A stretch of 64,000 bases of DNA, taken from contig CAWJQU010000005.1 in the NCBI GenBank assembly GCA_963845145.1, positions 800,001 to 864,000 on the forward strand, read 5' to 3'. The notes under the pieces were generated by a model. The model was given only the letters and a program-made list of their open reading frames with translations, was not told the origin of the DNA and did no database searches. Source of the DNA: an uncultured delta proteobacterium. GTDB taxonomy: Bacteria; Desulfobacterota; Desulfobacteria; Desulfobacterales; QNYZ01. Both the position numbers and the translations under genes were made by a program. The first letter of the stretch is position 1. Each line of letters begins with the position of its first letter. Positions 1 to 10,498 of this stretch are shown here, in pieces.

Positions 1-369
1 TGATTGTTTTCTTAGATCGGGTATAATCTTTTCGAACTCGGATTCGAAAATGAGGTGGGTCGTGCCGCTGTCATTAAGATTAAAGGCAAGCTCTGCTGGA
101 GAGAGGCGCCAGTTCAAAGGAACGAGGATGAGGCCCAGTTTTGCGGCGGCAAAAATCAGTTCGATATACTCGGCACAATTGTACGCCAGAATTGCGCAGC
201 GATCTCCATATTTTAATTCGCTGGCCGCCAACGCATTGGCGAGCCGGTTGACCCGTCGATTGAGTTGACGGTAGGTCAATCGGCGGTTGCCGTCGATGAT
301 GGCGTCTTCATTAGGATTAAGCACTTCTCTTTTAGAGAGCCAAAATCCAATTCCTTGCGACTGCATCAT
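1..369 (-). CDS. Long-chain acyl-CoA synthetase / AMP-binding enzyme, N-terminal part (runs off the window edge)
   Basis: Not in the ORF track. Manual translation from ATG at 369 (SD AGGGGA upstream): MMQSQGIGFWLSKREVLNPNEDAIIDGNRRLTYRQLNRRVNRLANALAASELKYGDRCAILAYNCAEYIELIFAAAKLGLILVPLNWRLS..., a typical FadD-like N-terminus. Confidence 0.8.
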   Translation of the reverse strand, partial: MMQSQGIGFWLSKREVLNPNEDAIIDGNRRLTYRQLNRRVNRLANALAASELKYGDRCAILAYNCAEYIELIFAAAKLGLILVPLNWRLSPAELAFNLNDSGTTHLIFESEFEKIIPDLRKQS

Positions 370-411
370 ATATTTCCCCTGTACCTATTTCCCTGCGACT
401 TTCAAAGACCC

Positions 412-999
412 TCAAACAAAGAGCTTTTTCATCAAATTCGCCAGATTGTGAGAGAAGTTGGTGACGGTTTGCAACCCCTCTTCATCTTCTTCGGCATCCC
501 GCGCACCGCCGGCACCGGCCATCCCCACATTCCAATAGGTAGAACCAGGGACCGTGATGCCATTAAAGAAAAACCAAAGAAGCAATTGGGAAAAGGCCAC
601 ATTGTGTCCGGCTCTGCGCGCGACGGTGATTGGCCCGCCCACTTTGTCTTGGAAAAACTTGTCGCTCCAATACGAAATAAATGTCGCCCGGGCCAGAAGG
701 GCCATCATTTGAGGGACAACGGAACTAAGGTAAACCGGGGATCCAAGAATGATGCCTTCGGCCCCCCGCATTTTGGTTAAAATATCCTCAAAGTCATCTC
801 CCTTGATCGTACAACGCCCCCGATCTTTATTGACACAATCATAACAACCATTGCAGGGGTCGATCTTTTTTCCCCGCAGGGAAACCAACTCGGTCTGTAT
901 CTTTTCTGATTCCAACACGTCCAGGGCCGTTTTTACATAATGAAGCGTATTGCTTCCGGCACGCAAGCTTCCCGCAATCCCTACCACTTTCATGGTCAT
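412..999 (-). CDS. Flavodoxin-family iron-sulfur flavoprotein (NADPH-dependent FMN reductase fold)
   Basis: GSLRAGSNT phosphate loop, Cys cluster CNGCYDC...C, GSPVY and ARRAG motifs. Confidence 0.85.
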   Translation of the reverse strand: MTMKVVGIAGSLRAGSNTLHYVKTALDVLESEKIQTELVSLRGKKIDPCNGCYDCVNKDRGRCTIKGDDFEDILTKMRGAEGIILGSPVYLSSVVPQMMALLARATFISYWSDKFFQDKVGGPITVARRAGHNVAFSQLLLWFFFNGITVPGSTYWNVGMAGAGGARDAEEDEEGLQTVTNFSHNLANLMKKLFV

Positions 1000-1009
1000 G
1001 ACGTCACCC

Positions 1010-1912
1010 TCAACCTTTTTCCAAATCTTTCACCAATACCAGAGACTCGGCCTGGCAAACGAGTTGACCGGATGAATTGGTGCAAGTATCCAACAAATTG
1101 ACCAGCTCTTTTTCCGGCCTTAAGCGAACGATCTTAACCGATGCAAATATATCATCATCAACATAAGCCGGAGCCGGAAAATAGACGGTCTGTTTCAACC
1201 AATTGGTGCCCCTTCCCGGCAGACGCGTGCCTAATAGATCGGAAAACATGCCGCTTAAAAGGGCGCCGGGAATAATACAACGGTCAAGCCCCGCATGTTG
1301 CGCGAATTTTTCATCGGTAAATAGCGGATTGCTGTCGCCGGTTAAGTCCGAGTACTCCGCCAGATCCACAGCCGTAAACGTCCTATGGGTTGTTGCCTTT
1401 TGGCCAATCTTCAGATGCTTTAAGGTATCTGCGCCAGTGGTTTCCGAAACCTGACTACTCGCTATAAAGGATGGATCGTTTCCAGGAAATCCTGACGTTC
1501 CTCCCGGTAAACAAACCAATGTTTTGCCAATACAGGCGTCATTTCCATCAGGTAGGCGTATCTTTGTATCGATCTCTGCCGTCATGTTTTGGGGGTGGAC
1601 ATCCATTACTTCCAGTCGGACGGTGACTTCCGTCTGGGTATATGTCGGGTTCTTAAACACCATTGCTTGCTTAATTTGCATGGTGCCGGGTCCCGGAAAG
1701 CGGCCACCTAGTACGCTGCAAATCGTGCTGTAAAGCATCATTCCATGGGCAACCGTATGGCCGAAACGGGTCCGGGTAGAAAAAACGGGATCAACGTGGA
1801 TGGGGTTGGTATCGCGGCTGAGTTCGGCAAAGCGATCGAAATCCTGCTGCGAAAAGGTTCGTTTAAACGTTTCGACATGACCCGTCTTGATTTTCATACG
1901 TATCGCTTTCAA
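1010..1912 (-). CDS. Tandem MaoC/PhaJ-like (R)-enoyl-CoA hydratase with two hot-dog domains
   Basis: Domain 1 has the hydratase motif DTNPIH...HGM; domain 2 has the degenerate DSNPLF...PGAL. The start may be 1897 (MKIKTG). Confidence 0.85.
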   Translation of the reverse strand: MKAIRMKIKTGHVETFKRTFSQQDFDRFAELSRDTNPIHVDPVFSTRTRFGHTVAHGMMLYSTICSVLGGRFPGPGTMQIKQAMVFKNPTYTQTEVTVRLEVMDVHPQNMTAEIDTKIRLPDGNDACIGKTLVCLPGGTSGFPGNDPSFIASSQVSETTGADTLKHLKIGQKATTHRTFTAVDLAEYSDLTGDSNPLFTDEKFAQHAGLDRCIIPGALLSGMFSDLLGTRLPGRGTNWLKQTVYFPAPAYVDDDIFASVKIVRLRPEKELVNLLDTCTNSSGQLVCQAESLVLVKDLEKG

Positions 1913-2009
1913 TTAATACGGATAAACGGCGTCGTTTCGGCGGTTGAAATCATTGGGAATCCGGCCCGTTGGGTTCTGATTTGGTAAGAAAAACAATAAA
2001 AAATGAAAT

Positions 2010-2054
2010 ATGAATCAACTGTTAGTATTTTATAATATTCTGCCGCTCTGTCAA
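2010..2054 (-). promoter_or_regulatory. Sigma70-like promoter with putative TetR operator for the maoC-isf-fadD unit
   Basis: Minus strand TTGACA (2049-2054) then TATAAAAT. The adjacent ATGAATCAACTGTTAG (2010-2025) resembles ATGAATCAGGTGTCAT (3383-3398) upstream of the tetR gene. Confidence 0.5.
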
Positions 2055-2077
2055 GAAAAAAAGTGGGTGCGTGGTGA

Positions 2078-3373
2078 CTATTTTTGTTTTGGCTTCAGGC
2101 CGAAAAGCAAAAACTCAACGATATCAGCTCGCAGTTGATCAGGGATATCGGGTTGGGGGCTGGGATTCCAGATAATCCATTTTAGTATGATAAAATGCAC
2201 CATCCCCATAAGGGTGCGGGCCAAAAACGTCTCCGGAAAGTCTCGAATTTCATTCCGCTGGATCCCTTGCTTTAGGCCCTTGAAATATCCGCGTGCAATT
2301 TTACTGTAATACCACAAGGAAACATCCCGGCCGATAACCTCGCATTCGGGAATGATCCGGTATATTTTCCGGTGTTGACGTGTAAAATCAATAAAAGCGA
2401 GAATGCCCACGCGTTCAGCATCCCGCCGATCTTTGGTCTTTGCCACGACCCGCTGCACGTTCTGCCGCATCATACTGTTGAAGTACGTTACAAATCCTTC
2501 AATGAGATCAAATTTACTTTCGAAATGAACGTAGAACGTTCCTTGTGCAACTTTAGCTACGCGCGTAATTTCACTGATGCTGGCTCGGTTAAAACCGTAC
2601 TCGCCAATGACCTCTTCGGCTGCCTTGAAGATCGCCTGGCGGGTCTGTTGCCCTTTGGTAAGCGGCTCTTGATCCACTTGATGTCGGGCCACGGGATCGG
2701 GAATCGAAAGAAGATCCCAATTGGGCCCCTTTTTCCAGGGGGCATCTCCGCTGATGCCATTTATTACGAAATCAGTAATGCAGTCCAGAAGCGCTGGTTG
2801 GGCTAAATCGCTATCGGGCGTTTTCCAGTCCAATGAATGAAAATTGCATATTCCGATCAATCCATACGCCACAATATTCGGATCCAGGGGGCGGATATTT
2901 CCCAATTGAATTTCATGCCGGAGAAATTGTCGAAAAAATCGTGCAATCGCCTCATAATAGGCATTTGTCACCTGATCAATCAGTTCCGATTCGCCAAGAA
3001 TACTGTGGAATGATAGGTTGTTACGGGTGTGATTGTAAAGAAGTTCAATATGACGGTTTAGCCGTTTTTTAAAGGGAAGCCCTTCCATGGATATGGATTT
3101 GGCATGTTCCGTAAAGCGGGAGATGATCAGGTCGTTCAATTCTTGAAAGGCTTGCTCCTTACTCTTGAAATACTGGTAAAAGGTTGCCGCGGAAACCCCG
3201 CAATGCCGGGCAATTTCAGAAACGGAGGAACCAAAGAAACCCTTCGTTTTGAAGACCTCATGGGCGGCATCCAGTATCGCTGCCCGGGTAGCCCTGCCTT
3301 TTGCTGTTAAGGCGCCCCTGGCACGAGCGGCTTTTATGTTTTTATTATCCATAACCGTCACAAATGAAACCAA
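2078..3373 (-). CDS. TetR/AcrR-family regulator made of two complete fused TetR units
   Basis: Two HTHs: TRAAILDAAHEVFKTKGFFGSSVSEIARHCGVSAATFYQYFKSKE and TRQAIFKAAEEVIGEYGFNRASISEITRVAKVAQGTFYVHFESK. Probable start 3352. Confidence 0.9.
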   Translation of the reverse strand: MVSFVTVMDNKNIKAARARGALTAKGRATRAAILDAAHEVFKTKGFFGSSVSEIARHCGVSAATFYQYFKSKEQAFQELNDLIISRFTEHAKSISMEGLPFKKRLNRHIELLYNHTRNNLSFHSILGESELIDQVTNAYYEAIARFFRQFLRHEIQLGNIRPLDPNIVAYGLIGICNFHSLDWKTPDSDLAQPALLDCITDFVINGISGDAPWKKGPNWDLLSIPDPVARHQVDQEPLTKGQQTRQAIFKAAEEVIGEYGFNRASISEITRVAKVAQGTFYVHFESKFDLIEGFVTYFNSMMRQNVQRVVAKTKDRRDAERVGILAFIDFTRQHRKIYRIIPECEVIGRDVSLWYYSKIARGYFKGLKQGIQRNEIRDFPETFLARTLMGMVHFIILKWIIWNPSPQPDIPDQLRADIVEFLLFGLKPKQK

Positions 3374-3443
3374 ACCCCATAAATGAATCAGGTGTCATGT
3401 TTTAATCTATCTTAAAAGAGCCCGATGATATGGATACAACGCG

Positions 3444-4712
3444 TTATTTAATTCTTCGAAGCGTTGTCGTACAATTGGTAACCGCCGAACCTCCGACGTT
3501 GAAAACCACCCCGATTTCCGGCTGCCCTTTTTTCGGCGACATCCCAATTGGGTCGCCCACCAACTGCTTATACGCCAGGGCGTGCATGGATGCACCGGTG
3601 GCGCCCACCGGGTGGCCCTTGGCTTTCAAGCCGCCGGAAAGGTTGATGGGGCAATCGTCATCGGCTGTGTAGCGGCCTTCAACAAAATCCCATCCGCCCC
3701 GGCCACCATCGGAAAGGCCCAGGGCTTCAGCGCTTAAGATCTGATTGATGGTGAAGCAATCGTGAACTTCGGCAAAGTCCACGTCTTTTATCGTAATACC
3801 GGCTTCGTCAAAAGACTTTTTAATCGACAGTTTGCCCGCTATGAGTTCATGCATGTTGGGACGGACATTTTCCGCCAGTCTTTCGGTGGTGAGGCCGATG
3901 CCGGCGATCTCAACCACGCTGTCGCTGATGGATTTGGCCTCATCCGTGGTCGTGATAACCAGGGCTGCCGCGCCGTCGGTAACCAAAGAACAATCGTGCA
4001 GTCGTAGTGGTGGGGCAATCATCGGGTTGCTGCCTTTGCCCTGATCAGGAAGATTTAAAATGGCCTCGGCGGCGGTCAGCCCCATTCGATCCGGAGGGCT
4101 ACCCTTTCCAAAGTGGGCCAATGGGTTCTCAATCCCGTTGCGATAGCACAGGGCCGATACGGCGGCCAGCATTTGGCGCAATTCATCATCGCTGAAATCG
4201 TAATGCTTTTTATACCCCTTGGCATATTCGGCAAAAAGACCTGGAAAAGTCATTCCCTTGGCCCCTTCTGTGGGCCAATGAGATGAGCAGGCCAGTACGT
4301 GTGTCATATCCTTGGTGGAGAGCAGGTTCATCTTCTCGACCCCGATCACCAGCACCCGTTTAAATCTTCCCGATTCGATGCCGTACAACGCATTGTAAAG
4401 CGCCACCGAAGATGAGGCGCAAGCACCTTCGGTACGCGTGGTAGGAATAAACCGCATCGCTTCAGGGGCCACTTCCAGGCCCAGGGGCCCCACATGCTCC
4501 TGATTGATAAACAGGGAGGGTGAACAGGAACCGATCCAGATCCCATCAATCTCTTCGGGACCGATTCCGGCATCTTTCAGGGCGCCCTGTCCGGCCTCAA
4601 TTAATAAATCATAATACGATTGGGTGTCCTTAATTTCTCTGGTTTCTCTATTTTTCTCAACAAATGCGCCGAATTTCGTATTGTAGGCACCAATGATACT
4701 GACGTTACTCAT
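3444..4712 (-). CDS. Thiolase (acetyl-CoA acyltransferase, SCP2-thiolase-like type)
   Basis: EGACASSS active-site Cys, EVHDCF and GGLKAKGHPVGATG motifs. ATG at 4712 has a GGAGGAG SD. Confidence 0.9.
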   Translation of the reverse strand: MSNVSIIGAYNTKFGAFVEKNRETREIKDTQSYYDLLIEAGQGALKDAGIGPEEIDGIWIGSCSPSLFINQEHVGPLGLEVAPEAMRFIPTTRTEGACASSSVALYNALYGIESGRFKRVLVIGVEKMNLLSTKDMTHVLACSSHWPTEGAKGMTFPGLFAEYAKGYKKHYDFSDDELRQMLAAVSALCYRNGIENPLAHFGKGSPPDRMGLTAAEAILNLPDQGKGSNPMIAPPLRLHDCSLVTDGAAALVITTTDEAKSISDSVVEIAGIGLTTERLAENVRPNMHELIAGKLSIKKSFDEAGITIKDVDFAEVHDCFTINQILSAEALGLSDGGRGGWDFVEGRYTADDDCPINLSGGLKAKGHPVGATGASMHALAYKQLVGDPIGMSPKKGQPEIGVVFNVGGSAVTNCTTTLRRIK

Positions 4713-4822
4713 GACTCCTCCTTCATTCGTTATCCTGATCATCGCCCGGAGAAATCGGGCTGATGGTTTTCAAACTTTTATGGCTGCAAATCGCGAACAT
4801 GGCAAACCAGACTAAAGGGAAA

Positions 4823-6376
4823 TTATTTTCCATATTCTTCCCGCAGTTCTTTTTTAAGCACTTTTCCTAAAGCGTTACGGGGAAAATCATCCCTATAAAC
4901 AAGATCGGAAACCCGCTGGTATTTGGCCACTTTACCGTTTAACCATGTTTTTAATGCATCCTGCTCAATAGTGGCGTTTTTGCCCAAAATGACCAAAGCC
5001 AAAGGGGTTTCGCCCCACTTATCATGGGGAATACCGATAACCGTGCAATCCTTCACATCGGGATGTTTGGCCAAAGCTTCTTCGATATCGGCGGCAAAAA
5101 TATTGATACCCCCGGAGATAATCATATCCTTTTTGCGATCGAGGATATAAAGAAAGCCGTCTTCATCCAGTTTACCCATATCACCGGTTTTAAGATAGGT
5201 TTTTCCGTATTCGTCCCGCCAGATCGCCTCCTTGGTCTTGTCGGGCAAATTATAATACTCGGGCATGAGAAACGAGGAAAAACCGATGATTTCCCCGATT
5301 TGTCCCCTGGGGAGAAGGTTACCGTCATCATCGATGATACCGATATCCCAACCCACCGGCGGAATGCCGATGGAGGCCGTTTTCGTTCGCATGTCTTCCG
5401 GTTTTAAGGTTGTCGCAACGCCTTCGGTGAGACCCCACAGTTCCACAAGGTCACCGGGAAGCCTTTCCAGTACGGCCTCCTTATCCTGTTTTAAAAGCGG
5501 AGAACCGGCCGATAACCAGATTTTCATCGAACTTAGGTCATACCGGTCAAACTCGGGGTGATCAAGGAGCATTTTAAATTGAGTGGGAACCATGAAGGTA
5601 TGGGTACATTTTTCCGCCTCTACCTGGGCCAAAAAGGCGGAAGTATCATACTCAGGCATGATGACCAGGGTACCACCCACAAACATCGTTGGCAAAAAGG
5701 TGAGCCAGGTGCCGTTGGCATATAGAGAGGTTGGTACGATGGTCCGCGCACCGGAGTCGATTCTAAAATCGATGGCAAACATGGCGGCAAACTGAAACCG
5801 GTTGTGATGCGTATGCAAAATTCCCTTGGGCACCCCCGTGGTCCCTGAGGTGTACATGATGTTAAACGGATGCTCGTAAATCATCCTGATTCGCGGCTCG
5901 TAATCCTCGCTGGCTACCATAAATTGATCATATGTATTCCATCCATCCACCGCTGGGCCCACAACGAAGGTTCGGTCCCGGTTTATTTTTGTTAGCGCCG
6001 GCCGATAGGGATCGATCACGCCGCACAAATGTTCGGCGGCAAATAAAAAGCGCGAACGCGAATCACTGATCATCCTGGCTAAAGAGTCACCAGGGACCAA
6101 AGACGACAGAGGTACAATGACGCCCCCAGCCTTGATTGTACCGAATAGAATTTCGACCATTTCGATGCTATTGGTCATCAACATGCTGACCCGATCGCCC
6201 TTCTTCAGGCCCAGTTCGATCAGACCATTGGCGACCCGGTTGATTTGACGGTTTAACTGACGCCAGGTCACACGCCGATCCCCGCACACGAGGGCCGGTT
6301 TCTCTGATCGCCATTTCGCGTGATTCGCCATCACATCCGTCAAAATAACATCCGGGCTATCGAATCGTAACATCAT
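4823..6376 (-). CDS. Acyl-CoA synthetase (class I adenylate-forming enzyme)
   Basis: YTSGTTGVPKG AMP-binding motif, WGLTEG, TGDMG, DRKKDMIISGG, PRNALGKVLK. Confidence 0.92.
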   Translation of the reverse strand: MMLRFDSPDVILTDVMANHAKWRSEKPALVCGDRRVTWRQLNRQINRVANGLIELGLKKGDRVSMLMTNSIEMVEILFGTIKAGGVIVPLSSLVPGDSLARMISDSRSRFLFAAEHLCGVIDPYRPALTKINRDRTFVVGPAVDGWNTYDQFMVASEDYEPRIRMIYEHPFNIMYTSGTTGVPKGILHTHHNRFQFAAMFAIDFRIDSGARTIVPTSLYANGTWLTFLPTMFVGGTLVIMPEYDTSAFLAQVEAEKCTHTFMVPTQFKMLLDHPEFDRYDLSSMKIWLSAGSPLLKQDKEAVLERLPGDLVELWGLTEGVATTLKPEDMRTKTASIGIPPVGWDIGIIDDDGNLLPRGQIGEIIGFSSFLMPEYYNLPDKTKEAIWRDEYGKTYLKTGDMGKLDEDGFLYILDRKKDMIISGGINIFAADIEEALAKHPDVKDCTVIGIPHDKWGETPLALVILGKNATIEQDALKTWLNGKVAKYQRVSDLVYRDDFPRNALGKVLKKELREEYGK

Positions 6377-6463
6377 TTCTCTCCTAATTTGTTCTCATTA
6401 TCGCGATGCTGTCATTTGACCGGGTCAAAGAGGTCAGCATGTACCAATACCCCAGCGAATCTT

Positions 6464-6479
6464 AGCAAAAGGCGTACCA
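6464..6479 (-). promoter_or_regulatory. Sigma54 (-24/-12) promoter for the acyl-CoA synthetase-thiolase operon
   Basis: Minus strand TGGTACG-CCTT-TTGCT matches TGGCACG-N4-TTGCW with one mismatch and lies beside a divergent bEBP gene. Confidence 0.75.
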
Positions 6480-6628
6480 GAAAAATGTTGTTCGATAATT
6501 GTCTGAAAAACCAACGGATAACGCAAAAAAGAACAAGTAGGGTTGATAATATTCAAATAATAGGCCATAAAAAACTGTATTATTTTTGCTATATGTTGAA
6601 TTTATGATACATTATATTCAAATAAGAT

Positions 6629-8035
6629 ATGGATAATCAGTCTCACAATAATCAGGCACACAATAATCAGGGCACCATAATCGATAGACCCGATTTTTTT
6701 AAATCCCTCATCGACCATATGCAGATCGGCGTCATCGTTGCCGATGCAAATGGATGCATCATCTACATCAATGCAACCTATGCACGATTTTTCAATATCG
6801 ACGCCCGGGAGCAAATCGGCAAACACGTTACCGATGTTGTGGCCAACACCCGTTTACATATCGTTGCCAAAAACGGTATGGCCGAAATCAACCATCCCCA
6901 TAAATTTAACAATATCGGCTATTTGGTCCACCGAATACCCATTCGGGAAAATGATCGTATCATCGCCGTGCTCGGCCTGGTGTTATTCGAGGATGCCCGT
7001 ACCGCCAGCCACCTCGCCGACAAGCTTTCCACGCTTGAGTCGAAGGTAAAGCTGTACGAAAACGAACTGGCCTCCTTACGGGCGACGCGTTATACTTTTG
7101 ACAACATCGTCAGTATCAGCGCTGCCATGAAAGCGGCCAAAAAGACCGCCATACAGGCCACCAGCAATAAATTTCCGGTTCTGATCACCGGAGAATCCGG
7201 GACCGGCAAGGAACTGTTTGCCCAGGCCGTGCATCATGCTGGTCCCCGCAGAGAATTCCCCTTTATCAGGGTTAACTGTGCCGCCATCCCGAAGGATCTG
7301 TTTGAGTCCGAATTTTTCGGATATGAAGGGGGCGCTTTCACGGATGCTCACCCCCGTGGTAAGCCGGGAAAGTTTGAGTTGGCCCACATGGGAACCATTT
7401 TTCTTGATGAAATCGGTGATCTGCCCCTTCAATTACAACCAAAATTATTACGCGTACTGGAAGAAAAGGCGTTCGAACGCTTGGGGGGCAACAGCGTCAT
7501 TTACTCAGATTTCAGATTAATTGCCGCCACCAACCATAATATTCAACGCTTAATGGAAAAAAGTTTATTCCGCAAGGACCTTTATTATCGCCTAAACGTG
7601 ATTCCGCTGAATATTCCGCCCTTAAGAGAGCGGTGCGATGACATCATACCCATGGTAAAACATTTTTTGGCTCAACACCGCGCTGCAAAAAACAAACCCT
7701 TTCATATCGACGCCAAAGCCGCCACATGCCTTCAAGCCCATCACTGGCCGGGAAATGCCCGCGAACTGCAAAATGTGGTCGAACAGATTCTTGTATCAAT
7801 AGAGGGGAAACGAATCGGGTTTCACCACCTCCCGCTATATATCCGCAGCCGCAACCCTACTATCATTCGGGGAAAACAAGTCCTTCTGAAAAACCATCTG
7901 CATGAAGCCGAAAAAATCTACATTTCCCAGGTTCTCGAAGCCGCCGATCAAAATAAGAGTGAGGCTGCGCGTCGACTGGGCATTCATCGCACGCTATTGT
8001 ACCGTAAGATGAAAAAGCTGGGCTTGGACGAGTGA
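6629..8035 (+). CDS. PAS-domain sigma54-dependent transcriptional activator (bEBP, Fis-type HTH)
   Basis: N-terminal [11 protein letters not shown] Walker A, GAFTDA loop, FLDEIGD Walker [31 protein letters not shown]. Confidence 0.93.
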   Translation: MDNQSHNNQAHNNQGTIIDRPDFFKSLIDHMQIGVIVADANGCIIYINATYARFFNIDAREQIGKHVTDVVANTRLHIVAKNGMAEINHPHKFNNIGYLVHRIPIRENDRIIAVLGLVLFEDARTASHLADKLSTLESKVKLYENELASLRATRYTFDNIVSISAAMKAAKKTAIQATSNKFPVLITGESGTGKELFAQAVHHAGPRREFPFIRVNCAAIPKDLFESEFFGYEGGAFTDAHPRGKPGKFELAHMGTIFLDEIGDLPLQLQPKLLRVLEEKAFERLGGNSVIYSDFRLIAATNHNIQRLMEKSLFRKDLYYRLNVIPLNIPPLRERCDDIIPMVKHFLAQHRAAKNKPFHIDAKAATCLQAHHWPGNARELQNVVEQILVSIEGKRIGFHHLPLYIRSRNPTIIRGKQVLLKNHLHEAEKIYISQVLEAADQNKSEAARRLGIHRTLLYRKMKKLGLDE

Positions 8036-8082
8036 TATATGGTTATCCATCCCCAAGAGGTTCTTTTCAGCCCTCACGGATC

Positions 8083-9714
8083 TTACCCATTTCGGCTTTC
8101 CTTTTCACGCAACGCCTTCCTGATAACTTTTCCGGTAGCGGTCATGGGCAAGTCCAGCACAAATTCAATCTCACGCGGGTACTCATGGGCAGCCAAATTG
8201 TGACGGACGAAATGCTTGATCTCATTTTCGATGGCACCATCACCCGCCATATTTTCCTTTAGGACGATAAAGGCCTTGATAATTTCCGTACGCACAGGAT
8301 CTGGTTTTCCAACGACCGCGGCCAGCGCTACCGCAGGGTGTCGAATGAGGCAATCTTCGATCTCGCCCGGGCCGATACGGTACCCGGCGCTGGTGATCAG
8401 ATCATCGTCCCGGCCGACAAACCAGAGATATCCGTCATTATCTTTGGTTCCGACATCGCCGGTCAGGCACCAGTCACCGATAAACTTGTCTTTTGTGGCT
8501 TTTGGGTTTTGCCAGTATTCGAGAAACATGACCGGGTTGGGTCTGAGAGCGGCAATGTTTCCCGGTGTATCGGGAGGAACCACAACGCCTTCATCGTCGA
8601 CGATTTCCACACGAAACCCGGGAACGGGACGCCCCATCGATCCGGGACGAACAGCCATAACCTCAGCACAATTGGCGACCATCAGATTAAATTCCGTTTG
8701 CCCATAGAATTCGTTGATCGCGACCTTCAGGGCAGATTGCCCCCAAGCAAACAATTCGGCGCCCAAGGTCTCGCCGGCACTGGCAATGCTTCGCAATGAA
8801 AATGAATACTTAGAACGCGTAGCATCCGAGACCTGACGCATGAGCTTCAAGGCTGTGGGCGGTAAAAAGGTGTTACGGATTTGGTGCTTGGCCATGAGAT
8901 GAAACGCGAATTCAGGATCAAATTTCCTGGCCCGATAGGCCACCACCGGTATGCCGTGGTGCCAGCTGGGAAAGAGCACGTCGATGAGCCCCCCGATCCA
9001 GGCCCAATCCGCCGGCGTCCAGAAAACATCCCCCTTTTGAGGAAAAAAATTTTGGGGAAATTCCACCCCCGGCAGATGGCCCAGCAGGGTTCGATGGGCA
9101 TGTAAGGCACCCTTGGGTGGACCCGTAGTACCGGAAGTATAGATAATCAAAGCCGGATCGTCGGCCCGGGTTTTAACCGGGGTAAAATCGGAAGCCCCTT
9201 TGGCCAGCGCATCCCAAAAATCGACGGTACCGCTTTCGGTAGGACCGTCGATAACGAAAATTGTTGCCAGGTGGGGTAATTCTCCGACGATCTCAGTTAT
9301 TTTAGGAAGACTTTTTGTGTCGGTCACGAGGCATCGTGTGCCACTGTTTTCCAGCCGATATTTCAGGGCGTCAGGACCAAATAAGGTAAACAACGGTATG
9401 GCGATACCGCCGATTTTATAGGTGGCGATGTGGGCAATGGCGGTTTCAGGGCTTTGGGGGAGCAAAATACTGACCCGGTCTCCCCGCTCTATACCGGAGG
9501 CGATCAAAACATTCGCGAATTGATTGGACCATTTTATGAAATCACCAAAGGTGTAAGTCTTTACCTCACCATCTTCTGTTTCGTAAATCAACGCCGTGCG
9601 ATTTTTTACGGCGGCATGTTTGTCGCAAATATCCACGCCAATATTGTAGTACTCGGGGATATGCCAGGCGAAAGACTCACAGACCGCCCGGTAAGAATTG
9701 GCTTTGGTTAGCAT
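8083..9714 (-). CDS. Short/medium-chain acyl-CoA synthetase (acetate-CoA ligase-like)
   Basis: YTSGTTGPPKG, WTPADWAWIGG, YGQTE, GRDDDLITSAGYRIGPGEIE, LPMTATGKV. Confidence 0.9.
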   Translation of the reverse strand: MLTKANSYRAVCESFAWHIPEYYNIGVDICDKHAAVKNRTALIYETEDGEVKTYTFGDFIKWSNQFANVLIASGIERGDRVSILLPQSPETAIAHIATYKIGGIAIPLFTLFGPDALKYRLENSGTRCLVTDTKSLPKITEIVGELPHLATIFVIDGPTESGTVDFWDALAKGASDFTPVKTRADDPALIIYTSGTTGPPKGALHAHRTLLGHLPGVEFPQNFFPQKGDVFWTPADWAWIGGLIDVLFPSWHHGIPVVAYRARKFDPEFAFHLMAKHQIRNTFLPPTALKLMRQVSDATRSKYSFSLRSIASAGETLGAELFAWGQSALKVAINEFYGQTEFNLMVANCAEVMAVRPGSMGRPVPGFRVEIVDDEGVVVPPDTPGNIAALRPNPVMFLEYWQNPKATKDKFIGDWCLTGDVGTKDNDGYLWFVGRDDDLITSAGYRIGPGEIEDCLIRHPAVALAAVVGKPDPVRTEIIKAFIVLKENMAGDGAIENEIKHFVRHNLAAHEYPREIEFVLDLPMTATGKVIRKALREKESRNG

Positions 9715-9835
9715 TGGTAGCTCCTGTTTCGGTTAGCCGGTTTGCCGGTTACGCGAACGGGCGAACCATAGTGCACCGATACACCAGATACATAATGTTT
9801 TAAACATCTACCGTGATGACGGGATTTGTACAGCA

Positions 9836-10498
9836 TCAATCTTCCCTGATAATGACCACAAGTTCTTTGGGGCCATGGACGCCGAAAACCAATGTAAACT
9901 CAATGTCCGCTGTCTTGGAGGGACCCGAAATGAGAAGTGCATTGGTGGGCATACCCTGGGACCAATTCTGTTCTTCAATGGTATCGGTAAGCGAGCTGTA
10001 AATGGTTTCGGCATCCAAAACAGCGATGTGAATGGGCGGTACCAGGGAGAGAAGACGCGGCTCCTGGGGCGTGGGCCATAGAACCAATGCACCGCGATCG
10101 GCAATGCCCCCCAGGGTCGTGGTAATACCGGCGTCAAATTCGAACAGCTCCTTTTTGAGCGATTCAACGTTTCCCCCATAAGGTTTCAAGTGAACGTCTT
10201 CAGATAAGCCCTCTTGGTAGCTTTCTTCCAACTCAGCCGCCATCGCTGTCCCGGGACCGTATAACAGCGTACCGATCTTTTTGGTCTTAATAATTTCCGT
10301 CAGCTTCGATAGCCAGGCATCCCGTTTAACCCGGTAAACTTCGGTACGCACAGCAGCCATCAGCTCGGCCAGATGAGTGACCCTTTCTTCCGGATTCAAC
10401 ACCGTCGGGGTTCCCGGCTGGACCCTTTCTGCAGATGGGGCATCGCTGAGCGCCGTCCGCAATCGGTTGTAAATTCGCGTTCGGGCGGCGTCACTCAT
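9836..10498 (-). CDS. lutC: Lactate utilisation protein C (LUD/YkgG domain)
   Basis: SLVPPIHIA and ISGPSKTADIEFTLVFGVHGP motifs; operonic with lutAB. Confidence 0.88.
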   Translation of the reverse strand: MSDAARTRIYNRLRTALSDAPSAERVQPGTPTVLNPEERVTHLAELMAAVRTEVYRVKRDAWLSKLTEIIKTKKIGTLLYGPGTAMAAELEESYQEGLSEDVHLKPYGGNVESLKKELFEFDAGITTTLGGIADRGALVLWPTPQEPRLLSLVPPIHIAVLDAETIYSSLTDTIEEQNWSQGMPTNALLISGPSKTADIEFTLVFGVHGPKELVVIIRED

